A DNA stretch of 64,000 nt from a virus (lineage: Duplodnaviria > Caudoviricetes), in the IMG/VR virus record IMGVR_UViG_3300037962_000450, positions 1 to 64,000 of that record; one strand, given 5' to 3'. Positions 47,301 to 56,426 of the stretch are shown here, in pieces (the stretch's first letter is position 1; each line of letters starts with the position of its first letter). The notes under the pieces are model-generated. The model did no database searches. It saw only the letters and a program-made list of their open reading frames with translations, and had not been told where the DNA came from. The position numbers and the translations under genes are program-made.

Positions 47301-50300
47301 CAGGTTCATTGCAGAACTCAATAAACACAAACGCCTCTGCCATAACCGCCAACACAGATCTAATAAACGCATCAGGAGCATCCATTTCTGGTTGGGCTAA
47401 CAGTCGTTATGACACTAACGCTACTACGTTCCACGCTTCTGGCCACGCAATCTCTGGTTGGGCTGGATCATTATTCAAGACTGCGGGTAGTGGTTTACGC
47501 TTAGATGGAACTGACCTAGTACTCCAAGACCCGGATGCAGACTATGACGCCATCACCTCATCCACAGCAGTAGGCTCGGATCAGATTCTCGTATGGGACG
47601 ATAGTGACTCACGCTGGAAGCACATGTCCCTTACTGAGATGAATGCTGAGATGCTTGACTCGGCTTATGTCTCTGAGGCGGTTGTAGATCCGGGTACTGA
47701 CTATGTTCTCTTCTTAGACGGTGGAGGAACAGGAGCAGTTAAGAAAGAGAGTTGGGTTGACTTTGCCAACTTGATTGCTGGCGATAATATAGACACAGAC
47801 GACGACGGCGTGCTTGACGGAAATGCCGGAGGTGTCGGTGGAGATGTAAACCAAAACGCCTTCTCTTATATCAAGATTAACGATAATGCAGACATTGGTA
47901 CTGGCCCCCAAGTTGAAGCAGACTCAACCACAGACGCGGTGGACTTCATAGCTGGAGAAGGTGTAACAATCACGTCATCTAATACTCCTGATTCTGTGAC
48001 TTGGGCGGCTCCAAATATTGCTTTAGCTTCTGGAGCACTGGTTGGCCTAATAAATATCGAAAACGCTTCAGGTGTTTCAATGTCTGGAGCCTTGAACAAC
48101 CAGTTTGTCTCCGGGTCTGGAGCGCTTGATAACTATATAGACTTTGTTTCAGGTGAATTCGTCTCTGGCTCTGGGGCAAATACCAACGCTATCACGTCGA
48201 ATACGGGCTTGATCAATACTAACATCTCCAACATTGCTGCAAATGCTACGACTTTCCACGCATCTGGACATGCAATATCTGGCTGGGCTGGGAGTATTGT
48301 TGCTACCAATACTGCCAGTATAGCTACCAATGCTACTGCTATTACCAACAACACCGCACTTATCCACGCATCTGGAAACGCAATATCTGGAGTTCTCGAT
48401 AATTATATTGACAAAGTTTCTGGTGAATATGTACATGCCTCTGGAGCTTTAAATAATAGAATCACTAGCGCCTCTGGAGCCTTGAACAATCAGTTCATCT
48501 CTGGTTCTGGCGCTTTGAACAATAGAATCACCAGCGCTTCTGGCGCTTTGAACAATAGAATCACCAGCGCTTCTGGAGCCTTGAACAACCAGTTTGTCTC
48601 CGGCTCTGGAGCTTTGAATAACAGGATTTCCAACCTGTCCGCTGATTCTGGTGTTATTCGGGTTGACGATGAGTTTAGACTTAATCCTAATCTATTAACT
48701 TCTGGTAATGGCACATTCCTTGCTATTGGCACGCAAAACGCTAATAGCTGGAATCATACAAATGTCGGAGCAGATACTGCCCTGATCGGCACTAGTGCTG
48801 GCAAGGATAGTACATATCTTTATCAGGCTGTTGGATTAGGGTCTGGAAGCCTTTACCAATCTAATACGCTAAGAGATAGTCTTGGCATAGGAACTGAGGC
48901 CGGTAGAGACAGCAGCGGCGTTTTGTCAACTGTTTCCATAGGCTATCACGCTGGGCACCTCGCTTCTGGAACTCAACACCTAGCAGGAAATATCCTTAGA
49001 TACGCCGATGAGATTAACGGCGATGTTGTTAGCGCGCTTTCCACACATACCGCAGCACCAACAACCGCCTCATCAAGCCTACACAGAAATTCAGTGTTTA
49101 TTGGACGCAGAACTGGGGAGGCCAGTGAAAACTCACGAGCTGGTATAGGAATAGGAAAGTTAGCGCTTGGTTATACACGCTACTCGGCAGATGTGATTGC
49201 CATTGGCGCGTATGCTGGAGCCGAGAGAACTATTGTAGAAACTGGTGTTTTTATTGGTAAATACGCAGGAAGCTTTCTTGACGACACCAACAATCCTCAT
49301 CAACACACAGGTCAAACATATGCGGGTGGTATTGGCCAAGTATTTATTGGTCCACTGGCGGGAAGATTTAATGCCGGAAGCGCCAACCTTTCGCTTATAG
49401 CAAATCAGACCTATGGGGATTTAGTTAACTCTGTCCATGCAACCACCGGCCCCAATAATTTTGCCACCAATGGCCCACTTAAAACCACCTACAAAACCAA
49501 CATCGCCAACATGATCTACGGAGATCACGACCAAGGGGCCGGGGGAAGCAGCACGCCTAAACGTTTAATGATAGGAAAGATTTCAACCTCTGAAAGTACG
49601 AGTGATAGCGCATTTGCTCTTCATGACCTAAACGCAACACTTAGGGTGATACCGGCAGCGGTTGATATGAATACGTTGAGGGTTGATTACTTCAATGCCA
49701 CAGAACCTCCGACCTGTGGAGCTACCACATCTTCTTCCGCTGCCCATACAAACGCTATATCTATGGCAGATACTGGCGGATCAGCTAGAATGGTTACACA
49801 GACAAACACAGACGACACTGTTTTTGATTCGACCTCGAATGAATACACGGGTGGGGGTCATGGCGCTACAACAGACGCGCAATGGGGCGGAAAATTCTAC
49901 AACACCTCTTCTGATGGAACAATGGCCGTAATTGGTCGTAACGGATTCCCAATAATCCCATCCTTCAAGAAAACACTTCATGACAGTTGGGTAAATGACG
50001 AAGCATCCGGTTACGGATACGCTGGGCACAGAGAACAAGCTATGCTTTGGTTTGAGAAAAAATACAACCCTTATGACTATGAAATAGGAACGATGATATT
50101 TGCCCAGTTCCATCATGGTCCAACTAACGAGGTGTGGCCTTACCTGTTAATCCTAGGTTTAGACAACGGGGGCAGCCCCGTGAAAAAATGGAGGTTTATA
50201 CCTATGTGGGACGAACATGTTATCGAAGGTAAAGCCGGGAACGGCTCATACCTCACCAGAGACAAAATGTATGGATTCCCAACAAAAGCATACTTCGCCA

Positions 50301-50308
50301 ACATTTAA
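44348..50308 (+). CDS. 1986-aa giant tail fibre with Ser-Gly-rich 11-residue coiled-coil repeats
   Basis: N-terminal LSDRIKELSQTTG anchor; LNNQFVSGSGA / LNNRITSASGA repeats; Gly-rich IG..AG repeats near the C-terminus. Confidence 0.75.
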   Translation: MPSKIVVLSDRIKELSQTTGTTNMHLEGAANGFSAFRDFYSHGDLVYYAVTDGTYYEVGSGEVQLSPTVSNDQISRFPFRAKGPGVTVQTDKVSWPIGVKEVYVTYPAPKSVYTAFGLSPDYNMPAESGFAFWSSSNILNYDSNILWDSGNARMGISTISPDHAIHVGGNTAYSIVKASGFVASESGLFFPEGNGGTASYSGGRQLEHFVRNKLDDTALSEGKIGASTGSSAVIQLSGVVDQYILLKQQSKGAFLSGPPNGCGVDCSPDYPTFRAITVEDIPSLSSLYLDRIGTPASGNVAFWKQDDPTQDPRVGYDSNLFFDDTNNRLGVNTGTPAYRLHVDGNAGITSDVSIGGNIVVSGNLDIKGDTTYVNSTVVTIADKVIELASMSGNAIATDAQLEAAGGAGISVQSSDSDKSILWRSNCDAWQFKSNTGGGIYYNAIDVSGVVFGGDCTNVISGSYQAGSGLSLHSGREFNIGNMFSIGTNPSQSVHQADTIWVSGVSGVATTINKVGANHVVWVDPTELSGILSGGSASSLLDVSGILDNYIDKVSGEYTQASGALNNQFVSGSGALNNQFVSGSGALNNQFVSGSGALNNQFVSGSGALDNYIDFVSGELNTISGVLDNYIDKVSGEYASASGALNNKIDASIGTVSVGELGTTTHHAGVSGLWFTNGKVDMVDSNRMAKITIDADAAGALDDLSDVTITSAADKHILQYSSTSSKFVNVLSPSGALNNDIETVSGALVNFVNTEHASGVSMSGVNWGVAAFASGQVLSVSGSLQNSINTNATDITTASGALAGLINTEHASGVSMSGALDNYIDFVSGELNSASGSLSNAISASFQIKVSEFDGSVAPDGDSSLESVSGLYFTNGAVTKKDSGKIAEINLSAGAAGDLNGLTDTNITSVADKQILRYDSGTSKWINDTSPSGSLKNAIDVNATDIDTASGALVDLINTEHASGVSMSGVNWGVAAFASGQVLSASGSLQNSINTNASAITANTDLINASGASISGWANSRYDTNATTFHASGHAISGWAGSLFKTAGSGLRLDGTDLVLQDPDADYDAITSSTAVGSDQILVWDDSDSRWKHMSLTEMNAEMLDSAYVSEAVVDPGTDYVLFLDGGGTGAVKKESWVDFANLIAGDNIDTDDDGVLDGNAGGVGGDVNQNAFSYIKINDNADIGTGPQVEADSTTDAVDFIAGEGVTITSSNTPDSVTWAAPNIALASGALVGLINIENASGVSMSGALNNQFVSGSGALDNYIDFVSGEFVSGSGANTNAITSNTGLINTNISNIAANATTFHASGHAISGWAGSIVATNTASIATNATAITNNTALIHASGNAISGVLDNYIDKVSGEYVHASGALNNRITSASGALNNQFISGSGALNNRITSASGALNNRITSASGALNNQFVSGSGALNNRISNLSADSGVIRVDDEFRLNPNLLTSGNGTFLAIGTQNANSWNHTNVGADTALIGTSAGKDSTYLYQAVGLGSGSLYQSNTLRDSLGIGTEAGRDSSGVLSTVSIGYHAGHLASGTQHLAGNILRYADEINGDVVSALSTHTAAPTTASSSLHRNSVFIGRRTGEASENSRAGIGIGKLALGYTRYSADVIAIGAYAGAERTIVETGVFIGKYAGSFLDDTNNPHQHTGQTYAGGIGQVFIGPLAGRFNAGSANLSLIANQTYGDLVNSVHATTGPNNFATNGPLKTTYKTNIANMIYGDHDQGAGGSSTPKRLMIGKISTSESTSDSAFALHDLNATLRVIPAAVDMNTLRVDYFNATEPPTCGATTSSSAAHTNAISMADTGGSARMVTQTNTDDTVFDSTSNEYTGGGHGATTDAQWGGKFYNTSSDGTMAVIGRNGFPIIPSFKKTLHDSWVNDEASGYGYAGHREQAMLWFEKKYNPYDYEIGTMIFAQFHHGPTNEVWPYLLILGLDNGGSPVKKWRFIPMWDEHVIEGKAGNGSYLTRDKMYGFPTKAYFANI
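46028..46175 (+). repeat. 33-nt tandem repeat (SGALNNQFVSG x4+) inside the fibre gene
   Basis: tcaggttc(c/t)gg(c/a)gc..tgaa(t/c)aa(t/c)ca..tttgtt units; second cluster at about 48437-48630. Confidence 0.85.
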
Positions 50309-50369
50309 TAATCAATCTGGATAGTATTTAAGAATAGTAGTAATTTAACTTTTTTTGGAGATAGAAACA

Positions 50370-50573
50370 ATGCCTATCGACGTAGCCTATAGTGCTTCAG
50401 GCACTTCTGCGGTGCAGCACAACGGGTATGTTATAGTATCAGTTCAAAAGACTGGTAACTATAAAGCCCTAGCACCTCAAGTAAATGCTTACTTACCGTC
50501 AGGAACTCTGCACAGTAAGTACACAAATCGCTTCGACGACACTAGGTATTACAGCGGTGACAGCGCCAGTTAG
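50370..50573 (+). CDS. small hypothetical virion protein
   Basis: GGAG RBS, 67 aa. Confidence 0.55.
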   Translation: MPIDVAYSASGTSAVQHNGYVIVSVQKTGNYKALAPQVNAYLPSGTLHSKYTNRFDDTRYYSGDSAS

Positions 50574-50581
50574 GAAAAGTC

Positions 50582-51058
50582 ATGCCTGTTAATATACCAC
50601 AAAGTGTTTTCGACAAGTACTTTGATGTGATTGATTCCACATTCGATATTTTTGGAGTCACATGTCAACTTGTTTACGTGGACTTAAAGGAGGTTAATCA
50701 AGATCCTGATAATAATATTCCAGACCACAACTCTGTGAATATACACCGCAGGCATGATGATCAATTTGACAGGGAGAACAAAACCTATATAGAGGTGGAG
50801 ACAACTGTAGATATTAAACTAAAAGTTTATTGGGATAACAAGTCGTTTATTAAAGTAGGAAATATAGCGATTCCTGATAATTCAATACAAACAATTGGGA
50901 TGATGAAAGATTTACCCCAGATACTAAGAGCTAAGTATCTCATAGTTCATAAGGGGATTAAAGATTATAAGACAATGAGGTTTGAGCGGGAAGGGGAACA
51001 CTTTCCTATGGGACTCAAGCAAGACAGGTACTTTGGTTGTTTTTGGAAGAGGGTGTAA
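50582..51058 (+). CDS. head closure / head-tail joining protein (putative)
   Basis: Position before neck and terminator genes; beta-rich 158 aa. Confidence 0.5.
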   Translation: MPVNIPQSVFDKYFDVIDSTFDIFGVTCQLVYVDLKEVNQDPDNNIPDHNSVNIHRRHDDQFDRENKTYIEVETTVDIKLKVYWDNKSFIKVGNIAIPDNSIQTIGMMKDLPQILRAKYLIVHKGIKDYKTMRFEREGEHFPMGLKQDRYFGCFWKRV

Positions 51059-51681
51059 TGTCCCTATCAGTAAGACTATCAGACCCAATAAGGGTTATAG
51101 AAGAACGGGCTAATGTGGCTATAGCTAGCCATATGAACGGCAGCGTTCAGAAGAAGAAAAGCTCCATAAGGAAAGCCATTAGAAAGCTTGCTGAGATTTG
51201 GATATTGGAACAACCTGAAATTATAGCGCTCAAAAACAATGAGTTAGCTGCGCAATTAGGACTACCATTTGGTTCTGCCGACAGCGCCGTAGACTCCATA
51301 GTATTAGCGATACGAAATTCAGTTGACTTCGAGATTAAAAAGTTTGATAAGCGGCTGAAGGGGGGTGTTACACTGAAGTTTCAACCAAGCAATTTTGCAA
51401 ATCTATTTTCGTTGGCTCAGGGGCATGTAAAGCTACCTGAAAGTGGAGACCTCCACTGGTTGAGATGGCTGCTTGAAAGTGGAAATAGAACTATTGTAGT
51501 GAACTATCACTTTGTGCCGGGAACCAAGGGTAGATCCCGTGGTGGAGTCATGGGTTCTGGTGGAGCTTGGAGAGTTCCCCCACAGTATGCCGGGACGTTA
51601 GAAGACAACTTTGTTACAAGAGCTTTCTCCGGCAGGGAAAAAGATATAGAAAAACTAATGAACAATATTCTTACTGGCTAG
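51058..51681 (+). CDS. neck / tail completion protein (putative)
   Basis: LHWLRWLLESG...GRSRGGVM...WRVPPQYAGTLEDNFVTRAF; position. Confidence 0.5.
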   Translation: MSLSVRLSDPIRVIEERANVAIASHMNGSVQKKKSSIRKAIRKLAEIWILEQPEIIALKNNELAAQLGLPFGSADSAVDSIVLAIRNSVDFEIKKFDKRLKGGVTLKFQPSNFANLFSLAQGHVKLPESGDLHWLRWLLESGNRTIVVNYHFVPGTKGRSRGGVMGSGGAWRVPPQYAGTLEDNFVTRAFSGREKDIEKLMNNILTG

Positions 51682-51689
51682 GTTATAAC

Positions 51690-52664
51690 ATGGCTGACAA
51701 CTTCAACCTAAAAGGGTTTGACAACCTATTTGCAACCCAGCTTAGCAATGAATTACAAGACAATCTGGTCGAGTGGTTCGACTGGGCGTTATTACAAAAG
51801 GGAAACTACTTCAATGTATCTTTGGGCGAAACTTCTCCCAGAGGTTATGATTACAGCAAGTTACGGCTTTCATCCGATGACCGTCGTACAGCGGGAACGA
51901 CTTGGGAAGGATTTAAAGGAAACTGGGTATGGCAAAGCGGGGTCAGTTTTAGCCCATCCCCAATTGTTGGCGACAATAACACTTTACCCGGAATATCTGG
52001 GGTGTATGTAAATGACACATTTCACCCATCCACCGGTACTGGTGCTTATTCTCACTACGTAGACTATTACGACGGCAAAATTGTATTTGACTCTCCCATA
52101 CCAACGGGAAGTAAGGTACAGGCTGAGTATAGTTATAAGTGGATAAACGTTGTGTATGCCAACGAGGTACCTTGGATAAGAGATCTTCAATATAGAACTT
52201 ACGACATGAATGGAGAATTCTTCAATTCAGGAAAAGGAGAGCAAGATCAACCTCCAGACTCACGATTACAACTACCAGCAATAGCTGTTGAGGTTGTGCC
52301 AAGAAGAACAATGAGGGGGTACCAACTTGGTGGTGGACAATGGGTCAACACAGACATTTTATTCCACTGCATAGCTGAGGATGATAGAACTAGGAATAAA
52401 CTAGTAGATATAGTCTCACTCCAAAACGATAAAACTATATATATGTTTGAGAGTGACAACATGGCTGCTAGCGGTCATATGCCACTAAATTACAGGGGGA
52501 CACCAGTATCTGGAGCCATGAGGTATCCAGATTTAGTGAATTCCCACTACGGAGGTGCCATAAGACTTACAAATTCATCCGTACAAGGGATGGATATGAT
52601 AAATAGTAACTTATACGCCGGTATCGTGAAATTGACAACACAAGTCATTCATACGGATATTTAG
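51690..52664 (+). CDS. tail terminator-like protein (putative)
   Basis: C-terminal RLQLPAIAVEVV...YQLGGG...DILFHCIAED pattern; directly before the tail tube. Confidence 0.55.
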   Translation: MADNFNLKGFDNLFATQLSNELQDNLVEWFDWALLQKGNYFNVSLGETSPRGYDYSKLRLSSDDRRTAGTTWEGFKGNWVWQSGVSFSPSPIVGDNNTLPGISGVYVNDTFHPSTGTGAYSHYVDYYDGKIVFDSPIPTGSKVQAEYSYKWINVVYANEVPWIRDLQYRTYDMNGEFFNSGKGEQDQPPDSRLQLPAIAVEVVPRRTMRGYQLGGGQWVNTDILFHCIAEDDRTRNKLVDIVSLQNDKTIYMFESDNMAASGHMPLNYRGTPVSGAMRYPDLVNSHYGGAIRLTNSSVQGMDMINSNLYAGIVKLTTQVIHTDI

Positions 52665-52717
52665 GTTTTGTGTATAATAAAATAGAGATTTTCTAACTTT
52701 CTACAGGAGAGATAATA

Positions 52718-53932
52718 ATGGCTGCTAATAATAGAATTTTCTATGCCTGCCAAATGGTTGGGATGGCCGAAATGGGCGTTCTTGACTCCAGCGTCGTAGA
52801 TGTAGCTGGCGCTGCTGGAACTAAAAAGATGCGAGTCGCTCACGGTGTCCAGAGTGTAGGCATAACAACAAACTTTAATCTAGAGCAGGCTTTCGAGCTT
52901 GGTCAGATTCAGATCTACGAGAACATCGAAGGTCTTCCAGATGTGGAAGTAACCATGGAAAAGGTTCTTGATGGATATGAACTTTTATACCACCTAGCTT
53001 CACCAGCCCCAGAATCAGTAGGTTTGGTAGGTCGGTCAAAAGAAAGATGTGACCTTAGTCTTGGTATCTTTAGCGATGCCTATGACTCTGTTACAGATAG
53101 TGGGCAATCCACTGGAACTTTTGCGAGTGATCACTACGGAAAACCCCCAGTAGAGGTCTTCTGCTCTGGTATGTATCTTGGATCTATCAGTTACACGATT
53201 CCAGTTGATGGAAACGCCACTGAATCCGTCACACTTGTTGGTAACAACAAAGAATGGATCGTTGACCAAAGTAAGATGCATATCACATCAAGTGGAGAAA
53301 AATTTGGTACGCAGGAGGGCTTCTCGGCAACTACAGACGCTTCCGAACCAAGAGCACTTACACAGGCTAGTGGTGGTATTCAAAGACGTGAAAACGTTCT
53401 GCTTTCCAGATGTATCTTCCCAAGTAAGATTTACGGCATGAACGGAGCGCTACCCGGTAACGCTTGGAACTCCACAACTCAGTCACCAAGAGTTCACATT
53501 CAGAATGTTTCGATTTCAACTGACTTCTCTCGTGAAGACATCTTGGAACTTGGTCGTAAGACTCCTTACTACCGTGCTCCCGGTTTCCCAATTGAAGTTA
53601 CTTGTGATATCGAAGCAATTGCGATTTCTGGTGACTTTATCGGAGCTTACGAAGGTGGTGATCCCGAATTCTTTACCACTGGAAACAAAGCTTCTGGTGA
53701 CAACACTGGTGAAGAAGGAATCAAGATCATCCTTCAGGATGGTACCTGCTTTAACCTAGGCTCTGGAAACAGACTGTCATCCGTAAGTTACGGTGGTGGT
53801 GACGCAACTGGTGGTAATGTAAGTATTTCTTACAGCTATACTAACTTTAACGAGCTATTCGTTGGTCACAAATACGATCCTGCTCGTGATACCAAGTATA
53901 CCGACGCGCAAAAAGCTGACACCAATCATTAG
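52718..53932 (+). CDS. major tail (tube) protein
   Basis: HGVQSVGITTNFNLEQAFELGQ..IYENIEGLP.VEVT; own late promoter at 52670 and AGGAG RBS. Confidence 0.72.
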   Translation: MAANNRIFYACQMVGMAEMGVLDSSVVDVAGAAGTKKMRVAHGVQSVGITTNFNLEQAFELGQIQIYENIEGLPDVEVTMEKVLDGYELLYHLASPAPESVGLVGRSKERCDLSLGIFSDAYDSVTDSGQSTGTFASDHYGKPPVEVFCSGMYLGSISYTIPVDGNATESVTLVGNNKEWIVDQSKMHITSSGEKFGTQEGFSATTDASEPRALTQASGGIQRRENVLLSRCIFPSKIYGMNGALPGNAWNSTTQSPRVHIQNVSISTDFSREDILELGRKTPYYRAPGFPIEVTCDIEAIAISGDFIGAYEGGDPEFFTTGNKASGDNTGEEGIKIILQDGTCFNLGSGNRLSSVSYGGGDATGGNVSISYSYTNFNELFVGHKYDPARDTKYTDAQKADTNH

Positions 53933-54067
53933 GCGACAACTTCTCGCCAAGGATAAGCTATGTAGTTTGCGATAGCAACTATTAAGGATAGTATACAGCG
54001 AGTGTACTGCATAGCTAGGAAGGATTTATTGTAATGATACATTGTGCTCCCGTCATGAGGTTTTCCG

Positions 54068-55111
54068 ATGAAACAACATGAACGGGAGTACTTTATATCT
54101 TGTGTTAGGTCTGGGATATTCTTTTTGAGGTACAGGGGTCTGACCTTAAAAGTACATAGTCCTACAATAGAACAGGATATAGAGGCCTGCCGAGTATACA
54201 ACGACGCCTATGATGAAGCCTATTTAGATGAAGTCATGGACGAAGGAGAAATGTTCGAGTGGATGGAGTACAAAGGTTTATGGACTGAAGAAGACGAAAG
54301 CCGTGTAGAAGGTTTAGAAAAAGACATTGAAAAATGTAAGGTTGAAATCTACAGAGCCAGAAACAATAGTGCCCAAAGAGAACATATAAGAAAGTATATT
54401 CGTGCAGGGGAAGAGCAAGAGTTAGAGATGATGCTGAAGAAGAATCAGTATCGTGCCAACACCTGTGAAGGTATGGCGGAACAAGCTAAGTGGGAATACA
54501 TAATCAAGAACTGTACAACTCTCAACGGGGAGCTTTACAATTTTCAAGACGCCTCTCTTGACTATGTGCTTTCCTGCTTTAGATCATCAATACTTAGCGA
54601 AGGTGAAATACGAGAACTGGCTAGGAGTGAACCTTGGAAGAGCTTGTGGGTTGTCTCAGATAAGGCTAGGAGTTCTCTATTTTACAACAACGACAGAGAA
54701 CTCACTTTAGACCAGAAGAACCTAATCATATGGTCTAAGATGTATGATAATATTCAAGAATCTTTAGAGTGTCCTAACGACGACGTGATTGACGATAACG
54801 ACATGCTTGATGGATGGTTTATTATTCAACGTAAGAAGAGAGAAAAAGAGAAGGCTGAAGCAGAATTCGAGAGTGGCACCAAAAACGAAAAGATAAAGAA
54901 CTCTCCCGAGATCTTTGTCATGACTACAAAGGAAGATAAATCCCGTGTCGAGAACATGAATGATATTGGCGGAAGGATGACCATTAAGCAGAGAGAGGCT
55001 GCAATGCGTCAGAATGAAAGCGGTGTCACTACCCAAAACGAGTTCTTAGATGAAAAGCTTAAGCTTCAAAGGGCCGCAAACAGACAATATAAAGGGAAAT
55101 TTGGAGGATAA
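54068..55111 (+). CDS. hypothetical protein, tail assembly region
   Basis: 347 aa charged/helical; WSKMYDNIQES..CP...I..NDMLDGWFI motif. Confidence 0.6.
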   Translation: MKQHEREYFISCVRSGIFFLRYRGLTLKVHSPTIEQDIEACRVYNDAYDEAYLDEVMDEGEMFEWMEYKGLWTEEDESRVEGLEKDIEKCKVEIYRARNNSAQREHIRKYIRAGEEQELEMMLKKNQYRANTCEGMAEQAKWEYIIKNCTTLNGELYNFQDASLDYVLSCFRSSILSEGEIRELARSEPWKSLWVVSDKARSSLFYNNDRELTLDQKNLIIWSKMYDNIQESLECPNDDVIDDNDMLDGWFIIQRKKREKEKAEAEFESGTKNEKIKNSPEIFVMTTKEDKSRVENMNDIGGRMTIKQREAAMRQNESGVTTQNEFLDEKLKLQRAANRQYKGKFGG

Positions 55112-55114
55112 GAG

Positions 55115-55495
55115 ATGGACAAGAACTATGCAGACCTGATAAGAAGCAGGTCCGATTACAAACAAAAGAGAACTGACAAGTTTAAAGCCGACTCTAAAGA
55201 CAGGCTTTCCAAGATAATGAAGAAGAAGATAGAGACTACCATGATTGGTGCTCTATCTACTATAGAAGAAAACTTCGGATTTTTATGGACAAACGAGGAT
55301 GGTTCTCCTTTAACAGAAGAACAAACTATAATGAAGGACTTATACCAAAAGGTTAGGTCTGAAATTTTAGATAAGGGAAATAACCAAGCAAGGAATACTG
55401 ATGCTGAGTTAGCTCAGTATGAAGTTGAGTGGTTAAAGTATTCTATGGAATTACCAGTTATCGCAAAAGAACGCGAGGAGGGACAAGATGGCTAA
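55115..55495 (+). CDS. hypothetical protein
   Basis: 126 aa; overlaps the next gene. Confidence 0.6.
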   Translation: MDKNYADLIRSRSDYKQKRTDKFKADSKDRLSKIMKKKIETTMIGALSTIEENFGFLWTNEDGSPLTEEQTIMKDLYQKVRSEILDKGNNQARNTDAELAQYEVEWLKYSMELPVIAKEREEGQDG

Positions 55496-56387
55496 AAAAG
55501 AAACTCAAAAAGTTATAGAGATTGTACTGGACGACAGCAACCCAGATCAGAAGACAAAGGTTCTTGTTAAAAAACCTAGCAATAGGGTTCAGTCAGAAGC
55601 TGCTAGAATTGGTGCATTAGTTTGGACAAAATGCATCAAGGACGGCGTTATGACTAAGCAGGAGCTAGATGCCTTTATGAAAGAAAAAGGTATCTGGGGG
55701 GACGATAAAGAGAAGAGAAAAGAGCAGATTGCTCAGGAGCTTAGCGCCCTTGAAAAGAGGCTCTACCTTGGTGATAAAGATGGAAACGTCAAGAGGGGCG
55801 GAAGAAAGAAGAGAATGAAACTTTCTGAAGCTAAAACTATTGCCTTAGAGATGAGAACCAAGAGAGCTGAACTTAGAGACCTGCTCGCTGAAAAAATCAC
55901 GCTGGAAACCAATACAGCCGAAAGCCTGTCAGAGAATGCTAAGTTTGATTACATTGTAGCAAACTGCACATTCACGGAAGATGGGACTAGAAAAATCTAT
56001 GCCAGTATAGAGGACTACGAAAAAAGAGCTGAAGACCCAATCGCGTTCAATGCCGCCGCAACACTAGCGGAAATGATGTATTCAGTAAATAAGGATTTTG
56101 AAGCCAAGCTTCCTGAAAACAAGTTCTTATCAAGATTTAAACTTGTTAATGAAGATCTTAGCTTGGTAAATAAGGAAGGCCAAACGGTTGATACCAAAGG
56201 CAATATAATTAACGATCTAGGCCACTACCTAGACGCCGAAGGCAATAGAATTGATTTAAACGGAAACCCTCTCGACCAAGACGGTAACTATGAGTTTGCG
56301 ATTCAATTCGACGACGATTTAGGCGTTGAAGAAGAGGCCGCAGAAAAAGCGGAAAAAGTAGAAGAAACAGAAGATACGGAAAGCTAA
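55488..56387 (+). CDS. tail assembly chaperone (putative)
   Basis: Immediately upstream of the tape measure; helical and acidic, with C-terminal DxxGN repeats. Confidence 0.5.
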   Translation: MAKKETQKVIEIVLDDSNPDQKTKVLVKKPSNRVQSEAARIGALVWTKCIKDGVMTKQELDAFMKEKGIWGDDKEKRKEQIAQELSALEKRLYLGDKDGNVKRGGRKKRMKLSEAKTIALEMRTKRAELRDLLAEKITLETNTAESLSENAKFDYIVANCTFTEDGTRKIYASIEDYEKRAEDPIAFNAAATLAEMMYSVNKDFEAKLPENKFLSRFKLVNEDLSLVNKEGQTVDTKGNIINDLGHYLDAEGNRIDLNGNPLDQDGNYEFAIQFDDDLGVEEEAAEKAEKVEETEDTES

Positions 56388-56426
56388 TTGGATAGTGTAG
56401 TCACATCTTATTAGAAAAGGCTACCT

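Noticed and set aside
55090-55114. GGGAAAT near the end of ORF 54068 as a tail-chaperone -1 frameshift site
   Set aside because: It is read GGG AAA T in frame, not in the X XXY YYZ register; the next ORF is in the same frame; there is no room for a G-T extension before the tape measure
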